Below are positions 51,424 to 64,000 of a stretch of 64,000 nt of DNA, in pieces. The DNA lies in assembly GCF_001194135.2 (NCBI RefSeq), contig NC_068981.1:40016845-40080844 (forward strand). The letters are read 5' to 3'. The number at the start of each line of letters is the position of its first letter. Within the stretch, counting starts at the first letter, position 1. Origin of the DNA: Octopus bimaculoides. Lineage: Eukaryota. A program made the position numbers and the translations under genes. Below the pieces are notes generated by a model. That model was not told the DNA's origin. It did no database searches and saw only the letters and a program-made list of their open reading frames with translations.

Positions 51424-53609
51424 AGAATTTATTTTACGGCAGCAATGTTCTTTGACAGCACATCTTACTCTATGGTATGCTCTAAGTTGAGCAACTGAAA
51501 GATCCTTCTTGTGGTCATTTCAGCCTGCAATAACAGATAAGGCAGACATTCGGCGTAGTGCAGGAGTCTCAACAGACAAGCTACCATCGCGTGTCACACA
51601 GGGGCTTCCTAGGGGTCTTGTATTTCTTCCATAAAATTTTCAAATTCAATGATTTGAGGAGTACTGAACAGTTGATAATTTCTAGTTAGTCTTTTGTACA
51701 ATGATTTGTTTAATTTTCGCTTATTATTGCCAATTATTGATATAGAGGGATTGGATTGAATTAGATTGCCTATGTTCAGTTCACTGAAGGACGAAGGCCT
51801 CAGCATGTTGTTTCCATCAATCACAGTCTGATGTAGAGGACGTGAATTTGACCGTGAGATCATATTGGTTTGACGAGCCTACTCTACCACACTGGCTCGG
51901 CATGACTGGGCAAGGGGTGCATTCTTTTTACTCTTACCGGGAGTAGTTAAGTCGATTACATCGATCCCATGGAGGGACACACAGGTATATTCTGTATATA
52001 TACAAGATATGGTATAATATTTTTGTGGATCATAGGTAAATGTATGGAGAAAAAGAAAAGAAAAATAACCAGACATTTTAGAACAATATGTTGAGCCTTT
52101 ACTAATCACATAACCGTGATAATTGTATCAAACCCTCGAGCTGTTCATTCCAGCATTCTGAGGACTCCGATTCTCAATTCCACCGAGGTCAACTGCTTCT
52201 CAGCTGTCCGTGATTAACGATTAAAGTAACAGTCATGCACTGTGATTGAGTCTCCACTCTTTCTCTCTCCAGATGGAGTCGGTTGTTTTCAGGCCTACAG
52301 AAGAGTGAGCCTTGCTAAGTTAAAAATGCTCACATGTCGTATGCCACGTGGGTCCTAACTACCCACATTCTCTACCATCACGTCTTTCAAGAAATTGTCT
52401 TGTATATGAGATGAAGAACAATTCCTGAGTCTCAGGAAGGCATGCGCCGCAACAAGATGGTTTGGCTGTAAGTCGATAACCGATCCTACACACACACTCA
52501 CTCTCAAGCACACACTCACTCTCAAACACACACACTCACTCGTATGATTTTGAACTGCTCAGCATGCGCACTATGTTTTCACGTCCTAGTTTACTTCCGC
52601 TACTTATAGCAGTGATTGAAAGGAAGGTGTGTAGCGTGTGATCGTCGCATTGACCATGACAGAGAAAGTTGTCATGGCGATACCTGCTCAGAAGCCTACG
52701 CAAAGTTGCAGAAAGTTTAAAGAGATGGTGTATGAGCCGCACACAAATGTACGAGTAGTTAAGACGTTTCCAAGATGGCCAAAAATTGTCGATATTGACA
52801 AACGTTCTGAGAGACTCGCAACCAGCAGAACTGAGAAAAACATCGCAGATATGCGTGCAGCTGTGAGGGAAAATCATCCAATCACCATCTTCAATTCTCA
52901 CCACCCATACAGTGTAAAGAGAGGGATTACTCAGTGCCTAAAATATCGAGCAAAGAATATAAGCAGCGATCGTGATACCCACCACGAAGAAATGATCAAG
53001 CTCAGTAACAATCTATTAAGCAACAACTACCCCAAAAACATACTATCTACTTCAATTATGAAGAAAAGAGTGGATGAAACCAATAAACTGTCTATAGTCT
53101 GTCTACCCTATATGAAAGGCCTCTCTGAAAAGATACAAAATATATGCGGCCCATATGACATCAAGACTGTACTCAGGAGTAATACAACACTTCGCCAATA
53201 TCTCCTTGGGGTAAAACCACTAATAGAAGAGAATATGACCAAAAACTGCGTGTACTCCATCCCATACAGCTGTGGTAGGTTATTCAAAGGCGAAACATGT
53301 CACCCCCTCAAAATAAGGGTAGAGGAACATCGCAAAGCTGTGACACGACGAGATATTGATAAATCGGGTATAGCTGATAATATATGGAAAAATGGAGACC
53401 ACCTCCCCCTGTGGGATGAAGTTAAAATAATAGACAGAGAACGCCAATGAAAAATACGAAAACTAAAAGAAGTAGCACATATACTAGGACACAACAACCT
53501 CCTAAGCAGACCGAGTGCAGATATAAATAGCATATGGGAACCGGTATTAAGGAAGGATGGGAAAATATTAGATTTATAAGCCTTAAAAATTCACTCCATA
53601 CTTGCCCAC

Positions 53610-53683
53610 GGGCATATGGCGTAATGGTTAAGAGTCCAGGCTACCAACCCCAAGATTCCGAGTTCGATTCCAGGCAGTGATCT
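53610..53683 (+). promoter_or_regulatory. tRNA-derived Pol III type-2 promoter cassette (not a functional tRNA)
   Basis: A box TGGCGTAATGG (53617-27) and B box GAGTTCGATTCC (53660-71). No acceptor stem. Followed by (AAT)n. Confidence 0.75.
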
Positions 53684-53762
53684 GAGTAATAATAATAATA
53701 ATAATAATAACAACAGCAAAAAATACCGTAGGAATGAGAAACCAGGTTCGAAATTTCCCCAA

Positions 53763-53809
53763 AACACCTGATGAAGGCTGAAGGGTATATCAGCCGAAAA
53801 GTTTGTGTT
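53763..53809 (+). ncRNA. Hammerhead motif with damaged stem III
   Basis: AACAC CTGATGA A GGCTGA AGGGTATA TCAGCC GAAA AGTTT GTGTT. Stems I and II and the core are intact. Stem III lacks the C of an ACGU palindrome. Confidence 0.7.
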
Positions 53810-56800
53810 AACAACAAACAATATGAGGACAAATATCCGTCAAATGTAAATAATGTACACCTTCCATGAGTTATCAAAGTACGTGCAAGTTAGTTACGGT
53901 TCAGTTCAGTCCATTTTCACTGAAGATTTGAGTACGGGACGCGCGTCAACCAAGTTTATGTCAAAGCTGCTTTCAGCTGATCAAAAAGGCACTCGGGTTT
54001 CAGTTGCATAGGATCTCTTTGATTTTGTCGAGAACGATGAAAACTTTGCGTAGGCCTCTGAGAAGGTATCGCCAATCTTTTGGCAAAATTTGATGCAGAT
54101 TCTCTGTTCAACTTTCTGTCGTGGTCAATGCGACGATCACACGCTACATACCTTCCTTCCACGCACTGCTGTGATCAGCAGAAGTGAGTTAGAACGTTAA
54201 AACTTAGTGCGCATCCACGGCAAAGTTTAAGGTCAATTTGTGCCAAACGGCTTCAGTCTGCGTGCTTTAACTTTGTTACGATAGTGACAGTCCATATACT
54301 TAATGACCAGACCACATATTCAGTTACGTTTGTGCCCGAGCCAACGATACAATTGTTAGAGAATCATTCAACTTGTTAGAAATAGCATCCAAATTTCGCC
54401 CGATTCACACTTTACCAACTTGAGAAGGTCACTCTAATAATATGAATTTGAGTTCTACAAAGGTGAAAAGAAAAGGGACGTGAAGGGAAAGGCTGATATA
54501 CTTTTCGTCATCGGCTTGCTCGATAAACACACACACACAACTCTATTTAAAGAGTGAGAAAGAGAGAGAATTATAGGTGTCACTAGTAAGCAAGTATAAG
54601 CTGTAACTATACATACGTTGGTGTTTACGTTACAGTATCATCTGTATATTGCACTTGAATTTTTTTAATGTAGTCCTCGGTTCTGCTGGAAAGAGTTCCA
54701 AGTTGATAAGTTGATATCTGATTAACATAAAATGTCAATTGTCAGAAATCTAAACAAAATGACAGATCGTGAAATATTTACATTCAGAACGTCCTCAAGT
54801 TATTGAATGCTGGAATATAAGCGCGAAGAAAGTTAACCACAAAATCTATTGTTGTTGTTACTCTATAGAGTAAAAATATAATTTCCAAATGCTTCCTTCG
54901 TAACGTGAGATCTGGATATAAAATCTTGCAGGATTTGCAGAGTTATACGAAGCTAAATATGGTTGTGATAAATGATTGCCGTAGAAAAACAATGTACTGC
55001 GTCATCAAATTTAGTTGTTCGGACATCTGAACTATCTCCCCTGTCATTAAATTAGCGTGTAAGTGGTTGAATATTCCACAGACACATGTGTCCTTAATGT
55101 AATCCTCAAGGAGAATTACATTCATACCAAGTAAGAAGACTGGATTTCCTCACAGTCTTGAGTCAGTTTGTTTCACAAGACTTGGACCGAACTTAGATTA
55201 TGGGAAAAAAAAGATACCATTATGTGTCGAAGTGGATTGAATAAGAGACTTTGAGATTACAAAGTGAGAAGTAAATTGGCTACGATCATTATTAAATCAA
55301 ATAGTCTTATACGCATAGTTATAAGTGTTATTCTCGTAGTTCAGGACAATAAAAATGGTCCGGACGATATAAAAGCTTCGGCTCATGGTACTGGCATTGA
55401 GCTTAGTTTTATAGTCAAAGGATTATTATATCATCCATATTTTCAACTAAAGGCAAATGATGTTTATCTGTAAGTGATTTAATATTCTAATTTATATAGG
55501 TATATAATCCTTCAAAATGAAAACTTTATCTTGTGTAGTAGGATCGAAGACATTAAGATGAGTAGTCTTAATTATTGACCACCAGATTTCTTTCAGAGTT
55601 ATACATTTTTCATACTAATTAGATATTTACCGATCTTAATTTACGTTGTACAGTATCTCATTATCATTTGTACACGTAACATCCAAAATTAAACACCTTA
55701 CTCTTATTGAATTTGCAGATAATTTCTTTATCTCTACATTGTACTATTTTCAGCCAGCAAAATATATTAATTGTGAAGGTTTGATAATCATGCGCATGTA
55801 TTTTTCTTCATTTCACATATATTCCATTGTCATAAATGCCATGTAACTATATTATCTTCTTCAGTATATTCTTCTTGTAAATGAATCTTTGAGTACGTAA
55901 TTTTATCAAGTGAAGCTCATGAGATCGAATACTTTCTTAGCAGTAGGGACAAAAGAATTTGATATTTCAGAAAGAAAAATAGCAGGGTATAAAATTTCAT
56001 GAGGCTCACCATATAACTTTTACAATGCAGACATCAGAAATTCCTCAAATCGTTTTTACTTGTACTACTTTATCTGTATAAATACAGGTGAAGTTAATGG
56101 ACTTGTTTACAAAAATAACAGTTGAAGATTTATATCCACTTTATCTAAATGTACACAAGTGCCATTCTCGGATAAATTCATAGAGATTGGAAACGGTGCT
56201 AATTTGTAAATGATGAATGTTTCATTAGCTTTAAATGGATAAGTTTAAATATACTTGCACTTAAAAAAAAAACGACAAAACTTAGTGAAAAGACTTATGA
56301 CGCCAGTTACCTCCATAGCTTGACTGAGTTCATGAGGAAACCGTTCAATTTATGTGTTTATCAAAGAATGAACTTGTTTATCTTTATTCATCATCATCAT
56401 CGTCGTCATTATGATCTTCCCTGCCATCCCCTTTCTTTTTCTCTTTCCATTCGAATACCCCTTACCTTACAGACTTTTGTTCAATTTCATTTTCGTACAA
56501 CCAACAGCTCATCGTCAATAAATTTATATTTATGTAATCTATTAATAATTTCAAACATATCCAGACATTCTGTTATCTGAAATCGTGTCAGAGCGTTTCA
56601 ATACTTAATCGGAATCCAACATTACTAAACAGAATTTTTTTTTATTTATATCAACCTTTTGTTTATTTTAAACTCATTTTTTCCTTCTCTTCAGCAAACC
56701 TTCCTTATATTCCAAACATTATATTCCTCCAATGTAATCCTATTTTCACGGAATGATGTGAGATTTCTGTTAAGAAAAGACAACTAGTTTACAAAGGTCT

Positions 56801-57612
56801 ACTTCATGTAATTTAACGCTAATTCATGTTTCTGAGATTAAATTCTCCTGATTGTGCTTTCTACACTACGACATAAGTGTTACATCAGAGTTTGTTGATG
56901 ATATCTCTACTTCTTTAGAAATCAACGACTTTGGTGGAAGATATTATTTCTGTCAATTCAGATCATTTGTCTTAAGATGGATTTTTCTCTTATATTTCTC
57001 TTTTTCCTTTTATTAACCTACGAACTAATGCTACAATCATACAATGTATGACACAGTATCCAGTATTATTTTCGACCAAATGAGAATGTAATTCATGAGG
57101 AACGCGAGATCTGTGAATTACAGCGGGTTGTCCTATATTATGTGAATTACAGCGGGTTGTCCTATATGTCTGTTCGAGCACGGTCAATCAAAATAATACT
57201 AAAACAGCAACGATTGTATTTAATTAATTTAGTATCTAGAACGACTACAACGATGGTTGTTGATAGTAGAATCGGTTGCGCGTAGTAGACTGGAGTTCAT
57301 ATAATACCCCTGCAAAAGCATAACTTTGGGGGCAGATACCTATGTTAGAAATAATTATTATTGCTAGTTGGCCATTGGAGGTGTAGCGGTTATAAGACTT
57401 TAGCAGCAGCATTACGTCATAGTCGTGTCGGCTGCCTTTTGTTTAGGAATGTCTTGCGCTTTTTCTTGGTCGGTTTTACTGACCATACATCGATTCTAAT
57501 CTTCGTGAAAAGTTTCTTTTCCATGGAGAAAGGATCTTAGAATCGAGTTTACAGCAGTTATAAAAATCCTGGTTTGGGGGACATTATTCAGTGACACTCG
57601 GTTGCCACACGG

Positions 57613-58427
57613 CTTGCACTTAGGTCGTCGTTTGATATTGGTGTTGTTTTGTGAAATTGAACAACGTGATAACCCCAGTAAATTGTTATATTATTGTTGC
57701 TGTTTGTTTTACTTGTTTGGCGTTATACAACATTTGTTTGCTGCTTTGTGTCAGTTTTTGTTAACGTGTTCTCCACTTTCTTAAGGGGGTTGCACAGTTT
57801 AGAAAAAAAGATGGAGATTGATAGTCTAAGTTCCTCCAAGGAGGAATTGCTACAAGCGATTGACGAAATTGACATGAAAGAAAAGGATAGAAAAATGAAT
57901 TTTGCGGCCGTAGCCAAAAGCCACAACAAGGTTATAGATATTCAGGAAACAGGCAGAATATGTTTCGTAAGGAGGGACACGACGTAAAGGTGTCCCTCCA
58001 TCCCAAAAGGTTTTACAGGAAGCAAAGGTCAAAATGATAATATACAGAACCTACTCTATAAAGCCCCAGAAGATTGAAGTGATGACCACTACGCAAATCA
58101 AAAAGGGAATGAAACCCATATGGCAGAAAATTTCACACCTTTCAAAAGGGAGAAAATTTGGAACAGTGAAGGTGCGGTTCCGGGATGAAGCCACAGCCAG
58201 GCTACACTCGACGACCCCCTTGAAAACTGATGAGGTGGTTCTTCTACCCATATACCTTGGAAGACATGCTTCCAGAGTAAGGGTAGAAGACATACCCCTG
58301 GAAATAAATGTAGCCTGGCTGGTGGCTGCCATTCTTCTAGGCATGGAGGAAAATCAACGGTCCTCCAAGCTACCAGCACTGCACAATAAAATTGGCAGGG
58401 GCAGATCTTGAATAAAAAACAAAAACT
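57613..58427 (+). mobile_element. Tx1/L1-like LINE 5' UTR plus ORF1 N-terminal fragment, A-rich end, 15-bp flanking direct repeat
   Basis: Frameshifted ORF MEIDS...MNFAAVAKS / KGRKFGTVKVRFRDEATARLHSTTPLKTDEVVLLPIYLGRHASRVRVEDIP resembles an RRM-like ORF1. TCGGTTGCCACACGG occurs at 57598-612 and 58428-442. Confidence 0.55.
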
Positions 58428-59148
58428 TCGGTTGCCACACGGAACCTCGTCACTCATTTTGGCAATGCTGTTTTGCCTTGTTCATCCTTCGTGGTTTTAT
58501 GTCATGCTATTCTCAACCATTTTAAAGTAGTTTCGAAGAACTAGCTAAAAAAATTGTTCCTGTTGTCATTCTCGCGACAGACTCTTTTAAAACATGCTTT
58601 TCTTCATTGTAATAAATACTGTAACTCTGTCCTATCATTACTATTATAAATTCATTGTACATATTTTTACTTTCTGTAAATAAACGATTGGTGTTAAATC
58701 CAGTCCTTCTCTTGATATTATCTGTACGAACTCTCATCGTATGATAAGGAAAATGAATTAGCTAAAGATTTATTTGCATGCACCTTTATGAATTTATACT
58801 AAAGCCCTTGCCAACACGCCCTTGCCAAACTTCTTCTCGCAACTAAGCCATTGAGACACAGCGACTTTTACTTATATATACATATAAACGCAGCCTAACC
58901 TGAGGTTTATAATTGGTGATATAAGTACAACAGTAAACAGTTATAGTTGCTGAATCCACAGTCAGTTTTCACTGACAACCCGACATCTCACGGCCGCGTT
59001 AGAGGCATACTTAGTGGATACACAAGATCAGAAAACTTAAATTCTTTGGACGAGGTGTTCTTCCGGAGTCCAATATCCGATATTCTTCTTAAAAAGTTCT
59101 AGCAACGCAACAAGTGGAAATATATTTAATCTGATATCTGTGACAAGG

Positions 59149-59200
<52 letters not shown>

Positions 59201-62200
59201 CACACACTACCCTTTAAACTACGCGTCTACATTTTTTTTCTAGTTACTGTAGTTAGAAGATTATGTCTGTAAGAAAGAAGATTCCATGAAGAGGATTTAT
59301 TTCCAATACATCATTTAGTCGACAAAATTTGGAAATTTTCTCAGAATTCAATTATTTTTCTTTGTAAATTTCTAAGTTTATTGATTTTGCTTTAACTGGG
59401 CACCTAACCAATTCCGATAAGAAGAAAGATGTTGCATCTATTTCAGTATAATAAATGGCATTTGTTTTATGAAACTCAGTCATGGATTATTTCATATTCA
59501 AAATCGCATATATCTGCAAGTAGATTAAAATAATTGTTGAGCGCTGTACTGAAAAAATCCTGCCAAACAGATTCCGAGACCCAGTGTATTTTAGTAATAA
59601 AAACCATTTCGTTTCATTTAGTATCCAAGTAAAAATGGTAATACTAACCTATTTAGCATACAATAAAATGATTTCAGTCAAACCTTGCCTTAAGCCATTC
59701 ATTATTCCAAGACACAAATCTAATTTAATTCCTATGCCAATTACTTCTTTAAGGCTTTAGCTTTTCTATAATATGCTTCAAACTCTGGTCTATCATTACA
59801 GTAATAAACCAATTTAAGATGAATTGCAATTTAGACCATTAAATCTAAGCAGATAATCATGTCATTGACATCCACCATTAGCATCAGTTTATATAGCTTA
59901 TTATATTTTTCGTTAACCCTTTTAATAAATTTATCTTTCAATAAAATATTTAGATGATTAGACGGTGGCGCATATGACTGCCGTACTGGAAACATTACGT
60001 TATATAACTTTATTTTCATTTCAATTTTTCTCGGATTTGACTTTGCCTTTTATCACTCTGAAGTCGCTCGTTGACGTGACAGAAATATGCTACAATCGAA
60101 TGGCAATTCCTCATTAGTTTAATTAAAATTTGAAAAAGAAAACTAGCTTTGTATATCTATTAGCAATTTCGTGACGAGGCAAATATAATATTTTTTGAAG
60201 AAAGTGGTGAGCACTGTAACACAAACAAATTATCTCCAGTACAAGCAGCAATCTTGTTTCGATTCTCGTTTGAAACTAATTTACTTATAGTACTAATGTT
60301 TTGTAAAAGCAATGCGTCACAAATTCCAGGTTTCTCCTAAATTAAAATGCCTGGTCAACTAATAAAAAAAAATAGCATATCATATACGGTGCAATGGCAC
60401 AAATTTTTAAGAAATGTTAATCCATTGAATCAACTTAGTACAATACTAGAACTTAGTAGATCAACCCTGGAGATATGAAAAAGCAAAGAAAACCAACGCT
60501 ACTCAAGATCTGGCCCAGATAACTGCTCAATAATAACAACATATTACAATATTTACAATAAAATCAATCTGAAATACCAACGAAAGCTTATATATTTTTT
60601 ATATCTTTATTTCGTCTTTTTTTATTCTAAGAGCTATCGACTCCTTCCCACCTACATGATTACATAGTCAAAAATCTTTGTAGATTATTAAAAAGAAGGC
60701 AAAGAAAAGGAGGCATAAAATAAAATTGATAAATCAATACGGGGAAAAATCCGTATATTACCAGTGACAGGTAATCAATAAATAGAATCCTACTTGCTTT
60801 CCGAAGCGGCATTTTATCGGTCAGAAACTGGTTTGAAATCATTATTAAAGTAACCTCAACAGCAACTAAACACTCATAACATGGTGTTATTCTTCTCCTC
60901 TAGATTTGTTGGTAAAAATCCTGCATATTAAATGAACTGGCGCCTTTTTCTTCCCCCTTTTTTTTCTAGATCGGTCGCTACCTACTGGCCAGTATTTTAT
61001 TGCCACTAATTTTGATGTAACCAATTATGGCAAACCAGCAATGCAAAACGCCATTTCTAACGTTAGATAATTTTTTTCTTGTTTTCTTTGAGTAATTTTA
61101 TAGTAAAATAGCACCAATGAAATTGCTGTCGTTTAGAATAAAAATTCAAAGTAGACTTCTTCAGTAGAATATACTCCCAACAGCTTTCACGTTGGTAGGA
61201 GGATTTTCTTTTTTCTTATTTTAGCCAATAAAGTATTGGTATGAAATAAAATTTGTGGAAAAGAAATGCATTTCGGCTCAGCTTTGTTGTGGTATCTCTA
61301 ATTATTGCTTTGAATAAATCTTGTTTTCTCAACCCTCCTCACAATATAACCATAAGATACTCAAGTAAATTAAACATACTATTGATATCGATCTAGTAAA
61401 GGAAAATAAATACGAAGCAATTTTATTTTACGTTAGAATTATTATGTTATTTTTTCTCTTCATTATTTTATTTATGAAGAGAACTGCTGATGACTGAAGT
61501 GGCAGAGTATGGAATCTTGTTACAGGGCCTATAGCGAATCTATACCTAAGGCATTGAGCTTTTTATAGATATAGAATCGAAAACATAAGTAGTTGTAAGT
61601 AGTTGTGAAACCAAAGGAAATACAACATACTTATCTCATAGTGAATTCCGGACTAGATTATTCCATGTGTCCTCTTCTAAAATGCTAAGGTGTGTTTTAC
61701 GGAAATTTGATTGCGTCTTCTAGCAGACCGATTAACGGCCTTGAGACCTCCGTGCTAGTTCTAAACTGTTGTCTTACATGAGACGTTTATTGTAAGAAGT
61801 GGAAACTATAAAAATGAACTAACTCTAAATACGTCAGTTTAAGTCATTTAATTTACATCGCATTTCATGAATTCCAACAGAGAAATTACTGGGTTCACTG
61901 CATTTCTGTTGAACGAAAAGGAACTAGCTGTACAATCGGACAGAACAACGGCGAATTATTAACACACAATCGTGTTTGTATTTCACATGAAGACAAATTT
62001 TCAAAAAGTACTTCTTCAACATAAATAATTGTGAAGCAATCGTTCATTTAGCTTAATGGTATATGCAAGGCTGGTGGAAAATAGAATTAGAAAATGCATG
62101 GCAATTTTCGTTGATCTGAGATCAAGTTGCGCTGAGGTTGCCTTTGACTTTTATCTCCTAAGAATTCATAGTGTAAAGACAAGTCAAATATTGAATCGAT

Positions 62201-62580
62201 ATAACTGATTATACTACACTCACCACAGGAGTCATAGCTGAGTCAGAAAACATTACATTATCTTCATAGTAGTATTAGCTATTTCCAAACTCTTTTTAGA
62301 TATTAGTCTGAAGAGTAAAGGCGGCTTTCATGGCTCTCTTCCGGAATTCCAAGACTTGTAATGTAAAGGCGGAACATATTTTCAATTCGGATATTTAGTC
62401 CGAATATTTTCAATAGATAAAGATACTCAAGAGCCAAGTGCTGGTGGTTAACTGGGAGCTGTATTAAGCCTATTACGCAAGAACATGAGCAGTCCCTCCA
62501 ATGAGCTACCACGAATTTCGTTCTTCTAAATTTCTTTCACAAGGTTTTGGTTGACCGAGGATGCAATAAATGACATTTGT

Positions 62581-63577
62581 CCAAGGTATTGCTTAGTGGA
62601 GTGAAACTTTGAACTACGCTGTTACAATGTGAAGTCCTTAACCCCTGTCTATTATCGATACATTATTTAGTTTCCTGAATGTTATAACAGTAGAATATAT
62701 TAAATTCGATTTCCCATTCAAGAGAAACCAATAACGTATAATTCGTTGGTATTCTATTTGAAGTAATATAAAGCAAAATTTTCTATTTGTTACATTGGTT
62801 ATAACTTATGTAATGCGGATCTGTAGGAAACGATAAATTAAAATAGCATTTGCAGAAGGTTACAAATATGGTAGGATAGTACAGTATATCAAATCAACCC
62901 CAGTATTTCACTGTTTTAGTTCATCGTACCCCACTGCCTCACATGACGGGTTATAACCACCGTAATAAATAGAAAATTATCTTGTATATTACGTTAGAGA
63001 ATAAAGTACCTGTCACTTATATAGTGCTGATTTCTCTTGAACGAATGCAATCGTAATTTTTACAAAGAAGAGTATATGGCCAATTACATCGAATTTAATA
63101 CATTATTGAGTTGGTTTGTCAATGCACGGTAAAGAAAAGCGAAATCTATAGGATCGGATGATGCTGAACTTCTGATCATCCAAGGAAATAAAGCGCATTG
63201 AAGTAAAGTAAAGGATTACTATTGAAGTGACCGCTTGTAAATCTCTGCTGCTGTAATCATTTTATTTTACAATGCTAACAGGCACAGATGGGGTTTTCTG
63301 ACCTATTGTTCGAAAGTGTAACGCTCCGTAACGCATAATAAATGACATACAGTGCAATAGGAAAATTCGCTGGATCTTAAACGTGAGAAGAAATTAACAT
63401 CCGTATCACTTGAAAGTAAGGCAGAGTCCTCAAGTTTGAAATGTATTTTGCAGTGGTTATAGAGTAACAGCAGTGCCCAAGGTATTGCTTAGTGGAGTGA
63501 AACTTTGAACTACGCTGTTACAATGTGAAGTCCTTAACCCTGTCTGTCTGTTATCGATACGTTATTTAGTTTCCTGA
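62581..63577. repeat. ~100-bp direct repeat (62581-62678 and 63477-63577)
   Basis: CCAAGGTATTGCTTAGTGGAGTGAAACTTTGAACTACGCTGTTACAATGTGAAGTCCTTAACCC is identical in both copies. Confidence 0.9.
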
Positions 63578-63889
63578 CAGTATACTAAGTTTAAATAATT
63601 TTATGATACACACTAGAAAAGATGATAGTTGTGATGCTTGATATTATAAAACAACGTCAAGAGGATACCTCTTTGATTTATGGTAATGAAAAATCTTATG
63701 AATCAACAAGGATACCTTATTATTGCTAAAGATTCTATACGACTAACTGAGCGATCTTACCTGTCGCTTATGTATATTTTGGCAAATAGGAAAGCTTTGT
63801 CTTCCACTGCAAGACTCAACAACAAATATTGAGAGTTAGGATTCATGAAAGCCTAACTAACTGTAGTTTAAAGTGGAACGACAATAATA

Positions 63890-63975
63890 ATCATTTCCAT
63901 TATAGGCACAAGGCCTGAAATTTGGGGAAAGGATTTTGTCGATTACATCGACCCTGGTATTCAACTGGTACTTAT
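63890..63975 (-). mobile_element. SINE family A 3' fragment
   Basis: AGGCACAAGGCCTGAAATTTGGGG...GTCGATTACATCGACCCTGGTATTCAACTGGTACTTA. Confidence 0.7.
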
Positions 63976-64000
63976 TCGACAGATAAAAGACTGCTAATAA

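Larger units (their letters stand above)
52890..53857 (+). mobile_element. 5'-truncated Penelope/Poseidon-like insertion: RT thumb plus GIY-YIG plus 3' region, with 7-bp TSD
   Basis: NSHHPYSVKRG...LPYMKGLSEKI...CVYSIPYSCGRLFKGET.HPLKIRVEEH...SGIADNIW. Flanked by CACCATC (52883-89) and CACCTTC (53858-64). Confidence 0.88.
52545..54316 (+). mobile_element. Mariner-derived element (same family as 12081) interrupted by a PLE insertion; right end is an inverted copy of the 5' region
   Basis: 52545-52889 and 53858-54060 align with 12160-12730. 54045-54316 is the reverse complement of the 5' region and ends ...AATGACCAGACCACA|TA. Confidence 0.85.

Noticed and set aside
53610-53683. Possible real tRNA gene
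   Set aside because: A and B boxes are present but there is no acceptor stem and the anticodon arm is poor; treated as a SINE-type head.
57112-57167. 27-bp tandem duplication (similar small ones at ~34585-34625, ~46950-47010, ~52490-52540)
   Set aside because: Two-copy local slippage duplications. No spacer array, so not CRISPR-like, and no further structure.
1-64000. Prokaryotic features (CRISPR arrays, operons, rRNA, prophage)
   Set aside because: The window is clearly eukaryotic intron/intergenic DNA, and no repeat-spacer array or rRNA-like sequence was seen.

Overview
Eukaryotic, AT-rich, repeat-dominated scaffold sequence with N-gaps next to microsatellites. The SINE families, long microsatellites and a mollusc-type sulfotransferase suggest an octopod cephalopod (Octopus-like); this is inference, no database was available. 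One host gene is supported: a + strand carbohydrate sulfotransferase of the HNK-1ST/chondroitin-4-sulfotransferase (CHST8-14, Sulfotransfer_2) family. It has firm exons at 32241-33184 and 33943-34278 and tentative 5' exons at 23256-23341 and 23595-23650. The rest is decayed mobile DNA: Tc1 (DD36E spacing), mariner fragments and MITEs, a Chapaev3-like element, CR1, RTE, R4/Dong and Tx1/L1 LINE fragments, four Penelope-like element (PLE) remnants and about 20 tRNA-derived SINE copies. The most interesting signal is a set of type I hammerhead ribozyme motifs read by eye: three essentially intact (251-306 -, 16787-16874 +, 35838-35915 +) and three degenerate. The three intact ones have unrelated stems but share an 8-nt (quasi)palindromic stem III, which implies dimer cleavage, and a pyrimidine-U mismatch at the base of stem II instead of the usual G-C. 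One sits at the apex of a 136-bp-arm palindrome just downstream of the sulfotransferase. One precedes a GIY-YIG cassette with no reverse transcriptase. A degenerate one lies behind a tRNA-type Pol III promoter inside a TSD-bounded PLE insertion. Repeat boundaries are approximate unless a junction is quoted.
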